Shown one piece after another: positions 39,090 to 51,800 of a DNA stretch of 64,000 bases. Both the position numbers and the translations under genes were made by a program. The notes below the pieces were generated by a model, which made no database searches, was not told the origin of the DNA, and worked only from the letters and a program-made list of their open reading frames with translations. The stretch is from Hemiscyllium ocellatum (lineage: Eukaryota): the NCBI RefSeq assembly GCF_020745735.1, contig NC_083423.1, forward strand, positions 4,588,001 through 4,652,000. Reading direction: 5' to 3'. Positions within the stretch are counted from its first letter, which is position 1, and every line of letters starts with the position of its first letter.

Positions 39090-39364
39090 CGTACAATCCC
39101 TACAGTGTGGAAACAGGCCTTTCAGCCCAGCACATCCACACTAATGCACCTAACCTACCATCCCTGAACACTATGGGCAATTTAGCATGGCCAATTCACT
39201 TAACCTGTACATCTTTGGATTGTGGGAGGAAACCAGAGCACCCGGAGGAAACCCACACGGGGAGAATGTGCAAACTCCACACAGATAGTCACCCGAGGTT
39301 GGAATCGAATCCGGGCCCTGGCGCTGTGAGGCATCAGTGCTAACCACTGAGCCACTGTGCTGCC
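39090..39364 (-). mobile_element. HE1 SINE
   Basis: Reverse complement of the HE1 head, core and tail. Confidence 0.85.
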
Positions 39365-40769
39365 TAACTTTTCATTTTGGTAAGGCAGAGCCAATCGATT
39401 ACCCCATGTCCTGTCTGCTTCAGGAATCCCTCCTGTGCTCACTGATCTATGCTGACTATTGCCCTGTCAGTGTCTGCCTTTTTAACATTCCCATCTTCAA
39501 CTTCTAATCCACCCTTCCCTCCCTCTGGAATCTCCTCCAGGTTTCTAAACCTTGTAATTATGCTCCTGTATTTCTGGCCTGTTGAACCTCTAAAAGACAT
39601 TCTCAGGACAAAAGGAGGCCATTTGGCCCTGTATGTTTGCACTGATGAACAACGACCTTACTGCACTCATCCCATTTTCCAGCTTTTAGCCTGTGGCCCT
39701 GGGTGCTATGGCAGTACAAGTGAATATCTAAATATTGCTTGAATTTTGTTGGGGGGAGAGGAGGGGAGGATTTCCTCACTCAGGTCTTGAAGTTGACCTG
39801 CTCCACTATTTGGCAGCCTTCCCTTCAGCTGCCTGTGCCCACTGCTGTGGAAATCCCTCCCTCACCCTCTCCATGCAGTAACCTCTTACTCCACCCTTTC
39901 TGACACGTTGTGCCACCTTCCCAAGGGCCATGAGGAGTGGGCAGTGCCAGCTCTTCCAGGAACAGTCACATCCCAAGAACAAGGAAACCACTTGAACAAG
40001 CTGTTGGTCATTTGGCCCTGTTTCCTACTTGCTTCTTGTCAAATAATAAGAGTAAGACACGTGGGGGATGTTTTACTTCATTAAGCTGCTGTTTCACTGC
40101 AAGCTGTCATTGTTAGTATTAGCAAAGAGTGCCATTGATCATTGGACAGTTACACAGAGGATAATTCCTGAAAAATGGTATTTTATGCTTGAGAATTTTG
40201 ACTTGCTCCAATTTTGGGGCAGTTTCTTGTGGTCAGCCAGGAATATCATTGTCATTATTAGCCTGGCCATGGACTGACGTTAAACTTGAGTTTCCTCAAA
40301 TCTGGAATAAACTAGTCCAATAGTGAGCATCTAACCACTGGCGCTTTTAGTGAAAACCCCATCTGGTTCATTAATGCTCTTCAGGGAAGGAAATCTAGTT
40401 TCTTTACCTCAGCAATGTGGCTGACTCTTAACTGAGCAATTAGGGATGGACAATTAATGATGGCCCAGCCGATGGGACCTTCATCGCATGTGCAAAGTCT
40501 TCCAGGTTTCCTCTGGCCAGGTGTAATATCATTGTGGAATGATTCTTTAGAAACACATTGATAAGTTTCCACGTTGGGAATTTTTGCCATAAGAGATAGG
40601 AATGGAGTAGGGAGTTCAGTCCTTCAAGCCTGCTCGACCTTTCAGTAGGGTCATGGCTGATCCAACACTCCTCATGTCATCCCTTTTCCCAAAATTCTAA
40701 AGGGACATTTTTGACTTATTACACTGACCATGAGGCGAGTTTCCAATTCTACATTATTATGTGTGCTTC

Positions 40770-40848
40770 ATTGTGTGTCTGTCTGTGTGTCTGTGCCTGT
40801 GTGTGTGTGTGTCTGTGTATGTGTGTCTGTGTATGTGTGTCTGTGTCT
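40770..40848. repeat. (TG)n / (TGTC)n microsatellite
   Basis: Read directly from the sequence. Confidence 0.85.
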
Positions 40849-40875
40849 GAGTAAAATTAAATGTAAAACACTGCT

Positions 40876-41237
40876 AGTGAGTTTTGAGAAGATTTGTAGC
40901 TCAAGTTGAGGTTCTGGATGTAGGTTAGCCCGCTGAGCTGGAAGGTTCGTTTTCAGACGTTTCGTCACCATACAAGGTAATATCTTCAGTGAGCCTTCGA
41001 ATGAAGCACTGGTGGCATGGCTCGCTTTCTGTTTATATGTTTGAGTTTCCTTGGGTTGGTGATGGCATTTCCTGTGGTGACATCAATGCCTATGGAGATG
41101 TCATTTCCAGTTCTTATTCTCAGGGGCAGTAAATGGGCTCCAAGTCAACGTGTTTGTTGATAGAGTTCTGGTTGGAACGTGCTTCGTGCATGAGAACAAA
41201 AGCAAACCTTCCAGCTCAGCAAACAAACCTATATCCA
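40876..41237 (-). mobile_element. Short Penelope-derived insertion with inverted pLTR stub
   Basis: 13-bp TSD gtaaaacactgct (40863-40875, 41238-41250); ~41200-41237 is an inverted copy of ~40913-40950. Confidence 0.85.
40953..40993 (-). ncRNA. Hammerhead ribozyme with intact core (family B)
   Basis: tca-CTGAAGA-tattacc-ttgtat-ggtgac-GAAAC-GTC-tga. Confidence 0.8.
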
Positions 41238-41449
41238 GTAAAACACTGCTGATAGTAGAAATCTCAAATACTGTGGTTCCTGGAGAAACTCAGTGGATCT
41301 GACAGTGTCTGCGGAGAGAGAAACAGAGTTAATGTTTTGAATCCAGTGTGACTCTTCTTCAGATCCCAGTTATGAAGAAGGGACATTAGGCACTTTGGCC
41401 AATTCCACCTTGGGATTGGAAAACATTATTGAAAGTTTTTATAACTAAC

Positions 41450-41785
41450 ATGGTGGCACGGTTAGCACTGCTGCCTCACAGTGCCAGGGACCTGGTTCGA
41501 TTCCAGCCTCAGGTGACTGTCTGTGTGGGGTTTGCACATTCTCCCTGTGTCTGCGTGGGTTTCCGCCGGGTCCTCTGGTTTCCTCCCACAGTCCAAAGAT
41601 GTGCAGGTCAGGTGAATTGGTCATGCTAAGATGCCCGTAGTGTTTAGGGATGTGTAGGTTGGGTGCATTAGTCAGGGGTAAATGTAGAGTAATAGTGTAG
41701 GGGAATGGGTCTGGGTGGGATACTCTTCAGAGGATCGGTGTGGACTTGTTGGGCCGAAGGGCCTGTTTGCTCACTGTCAGTATTC
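41450..41785 (+). mobile_element. HE1 SINE, near full length
   Basis: tRNA-like head, V-domain, tail ttgggccgaagggcctgttt. Confidence 0.88.
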
Positions 41786-42235
41786 TGTGCTGATGAATGC
41801 TGAAGAGTATACACACAACAGAGATGACTATTGATGGATAATGTTTGACTTGTACAGACCTTTTTGTCTTGGGTTTGATACACTGTAAACACTATCATTA
41901 GTTTGTAAAAACAATTTCTACCTTTTGCTACTTGGCAGGAATCAGAGTCAAAATAACCAGTTAGGCAACTTTCTGTTGTTATCAACGTACGCAATTTGCT
42001 GAGACCTTTACTCAGTTCCTTGATCCCTTGCCTGAAGCAAATGCTGCTATTGCAAATTAATTTGCCAACAAAACAAATTCGGTTTTCAGAATTTGTAGTC
42101 ATGTCATCCACTTTATTTACTCTGTTCGTTTAGTCACGCACAGGGATATGATAACAAAATGGAGGCAAAATTATTCCCTTGATTAGATTCAAAAGGATAA
42201 TTCTTGTTCCTTCTTCTGTTCTCCGCAAAAGTTTT

Positions 42236-42412
42236 TAAAAAATCACACCACGCCAGGTTATAGTCCAACAGGTTTACGTGGAAGTGTAAGCTTTCAGAGC
42301 ACTGCTCCTTCCTCAGATAGCTAGCTGACAAAGGAACAGTGCTCTGAAAGCTAGTGCTTCCAAATAAATCTGTTGGACTATAACCTGGTGTTGTGTGATT
42401 TTTAACTTTGTA
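42236..42412. mobile_element. Fold-back element with HHR family C (GAAAGCT core)
   Basis: ~80-bp inverted arms around atagctag; minus strand CTGAGGA-aggagcagtgctct-GAAAG-CTT; plus copy decayed (ctgacaa...GAAAG-CTA). Confidence 0.8.
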
Positions 42413-42915
42413 CACCCCTAGCACCTCCACATCATGTTCTCTGAAAGTTAATGATTTGCTCAGGTTACTCCACTTTCACAGAGCAAATATTAAACTTCAC
42501 TGCTCGAGTACAAGAGAGTCCACAGGAATTGACTGACATGGAAGTTCTGATCATAAATTGTAGAAGACAATTATAGCGTCATACAGCATGGAAACAGACC
42601 CTTCGGTCTAACCAGTCCATGCCGAACATAATCCCAAACTAAACTAGTCCCCCCTGCCTGCTCCTGGCCCATATCCCTCCAAACCTTTCCGATTCATGTA
42701 CTTCTCCAAGTGTCTTTTAAATGTTTAATTGTACCCACAACCACCACTTCCTCTGGAAGTTCACTCCACAAACAAACCACTCTTAATGTAAACGTTTGCC
42801 CTGTCATTTCCTTTTTAAATCCTTCTTCACTCACTTTAAAAATGTGTCCCCTAGTCTTGAAATCCTTCATCCTAGGAAAAAAATACAACTACCATTAACT
42901 CTATCGATACCCCTT

Positions 42916-44062
42916 GTTGCAAGGTTTGTGAAGGTTTGTAGCTCAGGTTGAAGTTTAGGGTGTAGGTTTGCTCGCTGAGCTGTAGGTTTGATATCCAGAC
43001 GTTTCATTACCTGGCTAGGTAACATCATCAGTGGCGACCTCCAAGTGAAGCGAAGCTGTTGTCTCCTGCTTTCTATTTATATCTTTCTCCTGGATGGGGT
43101 TCCTGGGGTTTGTGGTGATGTCACTTCCTGTTCGTTTTCTGAGGAGTTGATAGATGGCATCTAGATCTATGTGTTTGTTTATGGCATTGTGGTTGGAGTG
43201 CCAGGCCTCCAGGAATTCTCTGGCATGTCTTTGCTGAGCCTGTCCCAGGATAGATGTGTTGTCCCAGTCGAAATGGTGGTTTTTTTCATCTGTGTGTCGG
43301 GCTACGAGGGAGAGAGGGTCGTGTCTTTTTGTGGCTAGCTGGTGTTCGTGTATCCTGGTGGCTAACTTTCTTCCTGTTTGTCCCACATGGTGTTTGTGGC
43401 AGTCCTTGCATGGAATTTTATAGATGACGTTGGTTTTGTCCATGAGTTGTACTGGGTCTTTTAAGTTTGTTAGTTTTTGTTTGAGACTGTTGGTGGGTTT
43501 GTGTGCTACTAGGATTCCGTGGGGTCTCAGTAGTCTGGCTGTCATTTCTGAAACTTCTTTGATGTATGGTAAGGTGGTTAGGGTTTCTGGCTGTGTTTGG
43601 TCTGCTTGTCGTGGTTTGTTCTTGAGGAATCTGCGCACTGTGTTTTTTGAGTATCCATTCTTCTTGAATACGTTGTATAGGTGGTTCTCCTCTGTTTTCC
43701 GAAGTTCGTCTGTGCTGCAGTGTGTGGTGGCTCGTTGGAATAGTGTTCTGATACAGCTTTGTTTGTGTGTGTTGGGATGGTTGCTGGTGTGGTTAAGTAT
43801 TTGGTCAGTGTTTGTCGGTTTTTTTGTATACGCAGGTTTGTAGTTCTCCGTTGTCCGTTCTTTCGACTGTGACGTCCAGGAATGCGAGTTTGTTGTCGGT
43901 TTCTTCCTCCTTGGTGAACTTTATGCCTGTGAGGGTGTTGTTGATGATGTTAAATGTCTCTTCTATTTTGTTTCGTTTTGTGATAACAAAGGTGTCATCT
44001 ACGTAGCGGTAATGAAACATCTGGATATCAAACCTACAGCTCAGCGAGCAAACCTACACCCT
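42916..44062 (-). mobile_element. Penelope-like (Poseidon-type) element, 5'-truncated, with inverted pLTR stub (~44008-44062)
   Basis: RYVDD/LAFLDV RT end; GIY-YIG ORF 43015-43638 (NVIYKIPCKDCHKHHVGQTGR); TSD atacccctt (42907-42915, 44063-44071). Confidence 0.92.
42995..43034 (-). ncRNA. Hammerhead ribozyme with intact core, overlapping the ORF stop codon
   Basis: cca-CTGATGA-tgttacct-agcc-aggtaat-GAAAC-GTC-tgg. Confidence 0.85.
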
Positions 44063-45249
44063 ATACCCCTTTTAATTTTGTAAACTTCTATAAGGTCGCC
44101 TCTCCACCTCCCACACTCCAATGAGAAAGTCCCAGACCTGTCTCAATATCAACCATTTGCTAAAGTTTTCAGACATCGGAGCAGAACTAGACTGTTGAGT
44201 CCATCGAGTCCTCTCCATCATTCAGTGGGTTTGTGACTGATCTGATAATCCTCACTCCACATCTAACCTTTCTCCTGATTCTTCTCCCAATGAAAAATCT
44301 GTTTCATTCATTCCCTTTCACAGAGAGGTTGGCCCACAGTCACCATCAATGGCAAACATCCATTGAACATGTTCAGGATGTGCCATCGAACAGCAGGTAT
44401 TGTACTTCAGTGAAGGTGAGACTAGATAGTAACCAATAGCGTTGGAAGACTTTTATCTGACAATCCCATTTAAGGATGACAGATGGTTGATTGGCAGTAT
44501 GTAATTCCGAGATTTATACTTCAACGGATACAGAGTCAGGACTTTCAGTTGTGTTTCATATTACCATTGTCTGCAGTTTTTTTTTGTTTTTTTTAATGTA
44601 ACATCTTGTTCTGTTGTAAATCTTTAATGAAACTAGGAAAGTAATTTAATTATAGGCCATGTGGAGAATGTAAAATACTAGGTTTTCATTTGAGGTCAAA
44701 ATGGAATTGAAACAGAAACACCAATTGATGGTGTTACCTTCCCGACATTAAAGGGAACTCAATCACATTAGACGCTGCAGTGTTTTAGAGCCCCCTTCCC
44801 CACCAAAGGGTAAACAGGCTTTGCTGTGTTTCTGTGATACCAGAGACCTGTCAGCCTCAGAGCTTTTTGTGCAATGTTTGAAAATTTCAGTGTTGTGTTT
44901 GGGTTATATTTCAGTTTCAACCTTAAATCTTAACAGCAAACAACAAACAGCAGCTAACACAATGATTTAGTAAGAGACTTTTGGTGTGAGACTCGGCATA
45001 AAGTAGTAGGGGCAAAAAGTTATCCACATGAATTTTTGATGGTGTTGAGTCATGCGTGTTATTCTGCTACACCGTGTCATTTGTAACTCTCAATTACATT
45101 CATGTAGCACCTTTCACTACTACTGGATGTCTCCATGTATTTCACAGCCAGGGAGTCACTGTTAGAATTTAAACAGCACGATGGTAATCTGTTTTTCTTT
45201 TGTTGACAGAAAGTTAAATATTGACCAGGAAACCAGGGGGAGCACCCCT

Positions 45250-45655
45250 GATTTGATTTGATTTATTATTGTCACATGTACCTAGGTACAATGACAAGTT
45301 TTATTTTGTGTGCGGTAAAGACAGATCAGACCACAGAAAGATCACAGGCTGATTGAACAGAGCAAGGAATACAATGTTACTGCTGCAGAGAAAGTGCACA
45401 AGAAGCAAGATCAACATTACATTTGAAATTTGAGAGGCCCATTCAGAAGTCAGACAGCAGGGAAGAAGCTGTTCTTGAATCTGTTGGTCTGTGTGTTTAA
45501 GCTTCTGTATCTTCTAGCTGTTGGAAGAAGTCGGGAGAGATTATAACCAGGGTGGAGGGGGAGGGTCTTTGATGTTGGCTGCCTTCCTGAGACAGTATAG
45601 ATGGGGTCAGTGGACAGAAGATTGGCTTGGGTGATGGATTGGGTTGATGTCTGTG
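45250..45655 (-). mobile_element. Rex1/Babar-like LINE 3' end
   Basis: (atttg)n tail and gggaagaagctgttcttgaatctg; paralogous to 58715-59080. Clade assignment is from recall. Confidence 0.55.
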
Positions 45656-45996
45656 GGAGCGTGCTGTGCTGTATTTCCTATATTCCAACCACGTCTATAC
45701 TTCAGAATTACTTCAATGATTTTAAAAAGGTCAGGGATGTTCTGAAGTACTAAATGGTGCTATGGAAATGTAAGTCTTTCTTTTAACATGCTTTTCCATT
45801 GCTTCTTCATTGTAAAACATGTGTAAAAGTAAGAACTTAAATAATTTGGGTGAAGCGATGGTCTCCATATCCCCATGTGTCCCTGATAACCTTTGCCACC
45901 CCCCCACCCCCACCAACAGCCAAACAGGAATTTCTCTATGTCTGTCATACAAATACCTGTCTGCCACTGGCCTTGTAAGGCAGAGCATTCCAAAGT

Positions 45997-46101
45997 CATA
46001 GAACATAGAACATAGAAGGATACAGCGCAGTACAGGCCCTTCGGCCCTCGATGTTGCGCCGACCGAATCCTACCTAACCTATACTAGCCCAATAACTTCC
46101 A
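45997..46101 (-). mobile_element. Young, severely 5'-truncated CR1 with (catagaa)3 tail
   Basis: catagaacatagaacatagaa...ggcccttcggccctcgatgttgcgccgacc with CpGs intact. Confidence 0.85.
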
Positions 46102-46103
46102 AG

Positions 46104-46956
46104 AAAAGCAATTATATTATGCTTCAGTTATACTGGGCACAGGGGAGACCACACAGAACCATACAGCACAGAAACAGACCATTCGGTCCAACTAGTCCAT
46201 GCCGAACATGTAACCCTCTCGGGGAAATTCATTCTCCCCTCATCCCTGCCTGGAAGGGAACACCCCTAACTTTAACACAGAGCCTCTACCTCTGCACTGC
46301 CCCACAAGAGGAACCCATCTGTTCCACATCCACCTTCTCAAGATCATTCAGGATCTTACACAGCACAATAAAGTCACCTGAACATTTTTCAACTCCAGGA
46401 GAGTTAAGCCGGCCTGTCCTGTATTTTATCATTACACAATCCACACGTTCCAGATAACAATCTTGTAAACTCCTTCTGTGAACTGCTCCAGTGCATTTCC
46501 ATCTCCCCTTGAATAAGGAGACTCAGAAAAGGCTGGATAGGCTGGGGCATGAGAGCTTGTAGAAGGTTATAAAATAATGAGGGGTATAGATTGCGTTAAT
46601 GGTAGTTGCCTTTTCCCTACGATGGGACTTAGGGGGCACAGTTTTAAGGTGAGAGCAGAAACATTTGAAAAATACATGAGGGGTAGTTGTTTTAGACCGG
46701 TGGTTTTTTGTGGAATGGACTTCCTGAGGAAGTGGTAGATGTTGGTACAGTTACAACATTTCAAAGATATTTGGACAGATACATGAATGGGAAAAGTTTG
46801 GAGGAATATGGACCTGCAGCAGGCAGTTGGGACTAGTTTAGTTTGGGATTATGTTCGGCATGGACTAGTTGGACCGAATGGTCTGTTTCTGTGCTGTATG
46901 GTTCTGTGTGGTCTCCCCTGTGCCCAGTATAACTGAAGCATAATATAATTGCTTTT
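46104..46956. repeat. Perfect 106-bp inverted duplication (46104-46209 / 46851-46956)
   Basis: Arms are exact reverse complements by manual comparison. Confidence 0.92.
46540..46910 (+). mobile_element. CR1 3' end
   Basis: tggaatggacttcctgaggaagtggtagatg...ggtctgtttctgtgctgtatgg. Confidence 0.8.
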
Positions 46957-47867
46957 GTTCAACCCCTGCATTCTTTACACAGGAAACTCAAATATCATGC
47001 TGTGGACTTGTTGGGCTGAAAGGTCTGTTTCCACACTGTAGGGATTCTATGGAATACAGTGTCTGGTTTGGGATCAATATACAAACACATTGTCCATTCT
47101 GTAACACAACCGCTACAGAACCAGTAATGTTTACTTGGCACAGATTGAGTTAGAAGTGAGTTTTCGGTCCACAAATTACACTGAAAGAATCAACATGCTG
47201 CAGAAGATCACAGTTATAGTTTGAACATAAATATTTATTGTTATTAATTATAGTTAAACCATAACTGCGATGTTTTGGAGCACATTAATTCTTTGAGTCT
47301 ATGGAGAGAGAACTTCCATCAGCTTGTTTATAAAGATGGTTTTATTGTGTAAGTGATTGTGGTGAACACAATATAAGATTGCCAGTTACACTACAGTGAG
47401 ACAATCTCCTTTAATGCTGGAAGTCAGTCATTGTGAATGTTAAGCTTATCCTGTCAGTTTATCGATGTAAATTGAATTATACAGCACTATTGGATGCTTT
47501 GGAACTCAGTTTGCAGTTCACCCTCGATAAATCACTATTAATGATATCACATGTTGAAGAACAACAAAAGGATTTGAACTGGTTCAACATCACTGCACAG
47601 ATTAATGACTTTTCGGAGAGTTGATATAACAGATTCGGAATGCCAATGCAGCATTTGTTTCAGAATAATTAAGAAATGGTGGGAATCACAACACGCTAAA
47701 AACTATTAAGCTAGCTTTTTAAAATGTTTCATCTGTGTTTAGTAAAATTGTACCAATGTGTTTGGAGATCACACGTGAATTAGGAAGCACCAGATTCCGT
47801 TCACAGCTAGACTTGAAAGGAGCATCAAGACAAAATAAAGTTAACATGATAGGAGGGGATAGCAATA

Positions 47868-48865
47868 CGTGCGGTGGGATATGGGCGTGCTGTAGTGGGA
47901 TTTGGGCATGCTATAATGGTATATGGATACAGTGAAGTGGGATATGGGTATGGTGCAGTGGGATATGGCTATGCTGCAGTCGGGAATGGGTATGGTGAGG
48001 TCGGATATGGATATGGTGAGGTTGGATATGAGTACAGTGTGGTGGGATATGGATATAGAGCGGCGAGATAAGGGTATGGTGTGGTGGGATATGAGTATGC
48101 TATGGTGGGATATGAGTACAGTGCAATGGGGTATGGGTATCCTGCTGTGGGATATGGGTGTAGTACGGTGAGATTATAGGTACAATGCAGAGTGGTATGG
48201 GTACAGTACGGTGGGATATTGGTATAGTGCGGTGGGATATGGGTATGGTGAGGTGGGATATGGGTATGTTGAAGTGGGATAAAGGTAAGGTGTGAGACAT
48301 GGGTATGGTGCAGTGGGATATGTGTATGCTGCGGTGGGATATGGGTATGCTGCGGTGGGTTATAAGTACAGTGTGGTGGGATATGCGTATGGTGTGGTGG
48401 GATATGGGTACAGTGGTGGGATATGGGTATAGTGCAGTGGGACATGGGTACAGTGTGGCAGGATATTGGTACAGTGTGGTGGGTTATAAGTGCAGTGTGG
48501 TGGGATATGGGTACAGTGCGGTGGGATATGGGTACAGTGCGGTGGGATATGGGTACAGTGTGGCGGGATATTGGTACAGTGTGGTGGGTTATAAGTACAG
48601 TGTGGTGGGATATGGGTACAGTGTGGCGGGATATGGGTACGGTGTGGCGGGATATGGGTATGGTGTGGTGGGATATGGGTATGGTGTGGTGGGATAAGGG
48701 TATGCTGCAGTGGGGTATGTGTAAAGTGCGATGGGGTATGGGTATACTGCTGTGGGATATGGGTACATTATGGTGGGGTATAGGTACAATGGAGAGTGAT
48801 ATGGGTACGGTGCTGTGGGATATGGGATCAGTGCAGTAGGATATGGATGCACTACGGTGGATATT
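47868..48865. repeat. 21-bp G-rich minisatellite, left block (gggatatgggtacagtgtggt)
   Basis: 7-codon periodicity (WDMGTVW / GYGYSVV). Confidence 0.93.
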
Positions 48866-51800
48866 AAACTGCATCTGCCATGCATCCGTCCACACACCTA
48901 GCCTGTCCAGGTGACCCTGTATTCTCACAACATCCTCCTCACATTTCACCCTGCCACCCAGCTTTGTGTCATCAGCAAATTTGCTAATATTACTTTTAAT
49001 GTCTTCATCTATATCATTACTATATATTGTAAACAGCTTCGAACCTTGAGGTCACCACCTGCCATTCCTAAAGGGACTCGTTTATCACTACTCTTTGTTT
49101 CCTGTCAGCCAGCCAGTTTTCAGTCCAAGTCAGTATCTTACCCCCAATACCACGTGCCCTAATTTTGCTCACTAACCTCCTGTGTGAGACTTTATCAAAG
49201 GCTTTCTGAAAGTCTAACTGCACTACATCCACTGGTTCTCCCTTGTCCATCTTCAGAGTTACGTCCTCAAAAAATTCCAGAAGATTAGTCAAGCACGATT
49301 TTACCTTCATAAGTCCATGCTGACTCTGACCTATCCTGTTACTGCTATCCAGATGAGTTGTAGTTTCATCTTTTATAATTGACACGAGCATCTTTTCCAC
49401 CGCAGACGTCAGGCTAACCCGTCCATAATTCCCTGCATTCTCTCTCCTTTCTTTCTTAAAAAGTGGAACAACATTAGCCACCCTCCAATCCGCAGGAACT
49501 GATCCTGAATCTATAGAACATTGGAAAATGATCATCAATACATCCACAATTTCTAGAGCCACCTTCTTCAGTACCATGGGATGTAGACCATCAGGCTTCA
49601 GACCTAACAGTCTCTCCAACACCATTTCCACCCTAATATAAATTCCCTTCAATTCATCCATTACCCTCGGTCCTTCAGCTACTATTACATCTGGGAGGTT
49701 GCTTGTGTCTTCCCTAGTGAAGACAGATCCACAGTATCTATTCAACTCTTCTGCCATTCCCTTGTTCCCCATAATAAATTCACCTGTTTTCTGTCTTCAA
49801 GGGCCCAATTTTAGTCTTAACCATTTTTTTTCTTTTCATATACCTAAGAAAGCTTTTACTATCCTCCTTTATATTTTTGGCCAGTTTGCCTTTGTACCTC
49901 ATTTTTTCTCTACGTATTGCCTTTTTAGTTATCCTCTGTTGCAGTTTAAAAGTTTCCCAGTCCTCCGGCTTCCCACTGACCTTTGCTTTGTTATACTTCT
50001 CTTTTATCTTTATACAGTCCTTAACTTCCCTCGTCAGCCACGGCTGCCCCTGCCTCTCCTTAGGATCTTTCTTCCTCTTTGGAATGAACTGATCCTGCAT
50101 CTTCTGCATTGTATCCAGAAATACCTGCCATTATGGTTCCACTACCATCCCTGCTCGGGTATTGCACTATTGAACTTTGGCCAGCTCCTCCCACATAGCT
50201 CCATAGTTCCCTTTGTTCAACTGCAATACTCACACTTCCAATTCTCCCTTCTCCCTCTCAAATTGCAGATTCGAACTTACCATATTATGGCCACTGCCTT
50301 CAATGGCTCCTTTACTTCGAGGTCCCTGATCAAATCCGGTTCGTTGCACAACACTAGATCCAGAATTGCCTTCTCCCTGGTAGGCTCCAACACAAGCTGT
50401 TCTAAGAATCCATCTCGGAGGCACTCCACAACTTTCTTGGATTCCAGTACCATCCTGATTCTCCCAGTCTACCTGCATGTTGAAATCCCCCATAACAACT
50501 GTAGTAATATCTTTGCGACAGGCCAATTTCAGCTCCTTATTCAACTTACACCTTACATCCAGACTACTGTTTGGGGGCCTTTAGCTAACTCCCATTAGGG
50601 TCTTTCTACCCTTAGAATTTCTCAGCTCTATCCATACTGACTCGACATCTCCCGATTCTATGTCCCCCTCGCAAGGGACTGAATATCATCCTCACCAACA
50701 GGGCCACCCCACCCCCTCTGCCTGTCAGTCTGTCTTTTTGATTGCACATATAGCCCTGCATTTTCATTTCCCAGGCCCTGTCCACTTGAAGCCACATCTC
50801 ACATATCCCCACAACATCGTAGCTGCCAATTTCCAATTGAGCCTCAAGCTCATCCACCTTATTTCTTATGCTTCATGCATTCATATATAATATTTTTAAT
50901 TTGTTACCCCCCCACCCTTCCTATCAATCCCTTTTTCACTTGACCATACTGTCTGATCCCTTCTTGAGTTTTCTGCTCTGTTGATCCTGTTGTCTTTCTT
51001 AACTTCTCTTATTCTCACTTTCCCTTTAACTTTCCCCTTAAATTTCTAGTTTGTCCCCTCACCCTCCCACTATTTAGTTTAAACATCCCTGTGTTGCAGT
51101 GGCAAACCTACCTGCCAGAATGCTGGTTCCCCACCTATTAAGGTGCAACCTGTCCCACTTGTATAATTTATCCTTACCCCAGTGATCCAAGAATTTTAAT
51201 CCTTGTTTCCTGCACCAGTTCCTCAGCCACACATTCAACTCCATTATCTCCCTGTTCCTGCCCTCTCCAGCCCGAGGAACTGGAAGCAAACCGGAGATAA
51301 CCACCCTGGATGTCCTGCTTTTCAGCCTTCTTCCAAGTTCTCTGAGGTCCCGCTGTGCAATGTCCCTCCTCTTCTTCCCGACGTCATTTGTGCCGACATG
51401 CACTACCACCTCTGGCTCTTCACCTTTGTCCTTGAGGATTTCCTGTACTCTGTCGGTGACGTCCTTTATCCTGGCACCAGGAAGGCAACACATCTTCCTC
51501 AAATCCGCCCGTTGCCGCAGAAACCCCTTTCAGTCCTTTCAATAGGGAGTTCCCTATGACCACGGCTCTGCATGATGTCTGGCTCCTCGGCTCTGTCTCC
51601 ACATCGATCTTCGCGTGGCAGACCTGTCTGCCTCTCGGACTGGCAGTGTCATCTGTCTCCACAGTTTCCAAGAGATTCAACCTGTTCACGAGAGGTACTT
51701 CCCCTGGTGTCTCTTGTATTTGAATCATCTCTTCCTTCCTCATCGTCATCTCCCTTCTCTCTTCCAGTATGCTCAGTGTAATGACCTCGCTGAAGATCCT

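Larger units (their letters stand above)
42577..44140 (-). mobile_element. CR1 3' end, interrupted by a Penelope element
   Basis: CR1 3' UTR at 42577-42915 resumes at 44063. Confidence 0.85.

Noticed and set aside
44324-44396. Possible + strand 73-nt exon (cag|AGAGG...CAG|gtattg)
   Set aside because: Weak donor, unrecognised peptides, and adjacent to a CR1 remnant.
49699-50598. 299-aa + strand ORF
   Set aside because: Antisense shadow of CR1 ORF2.
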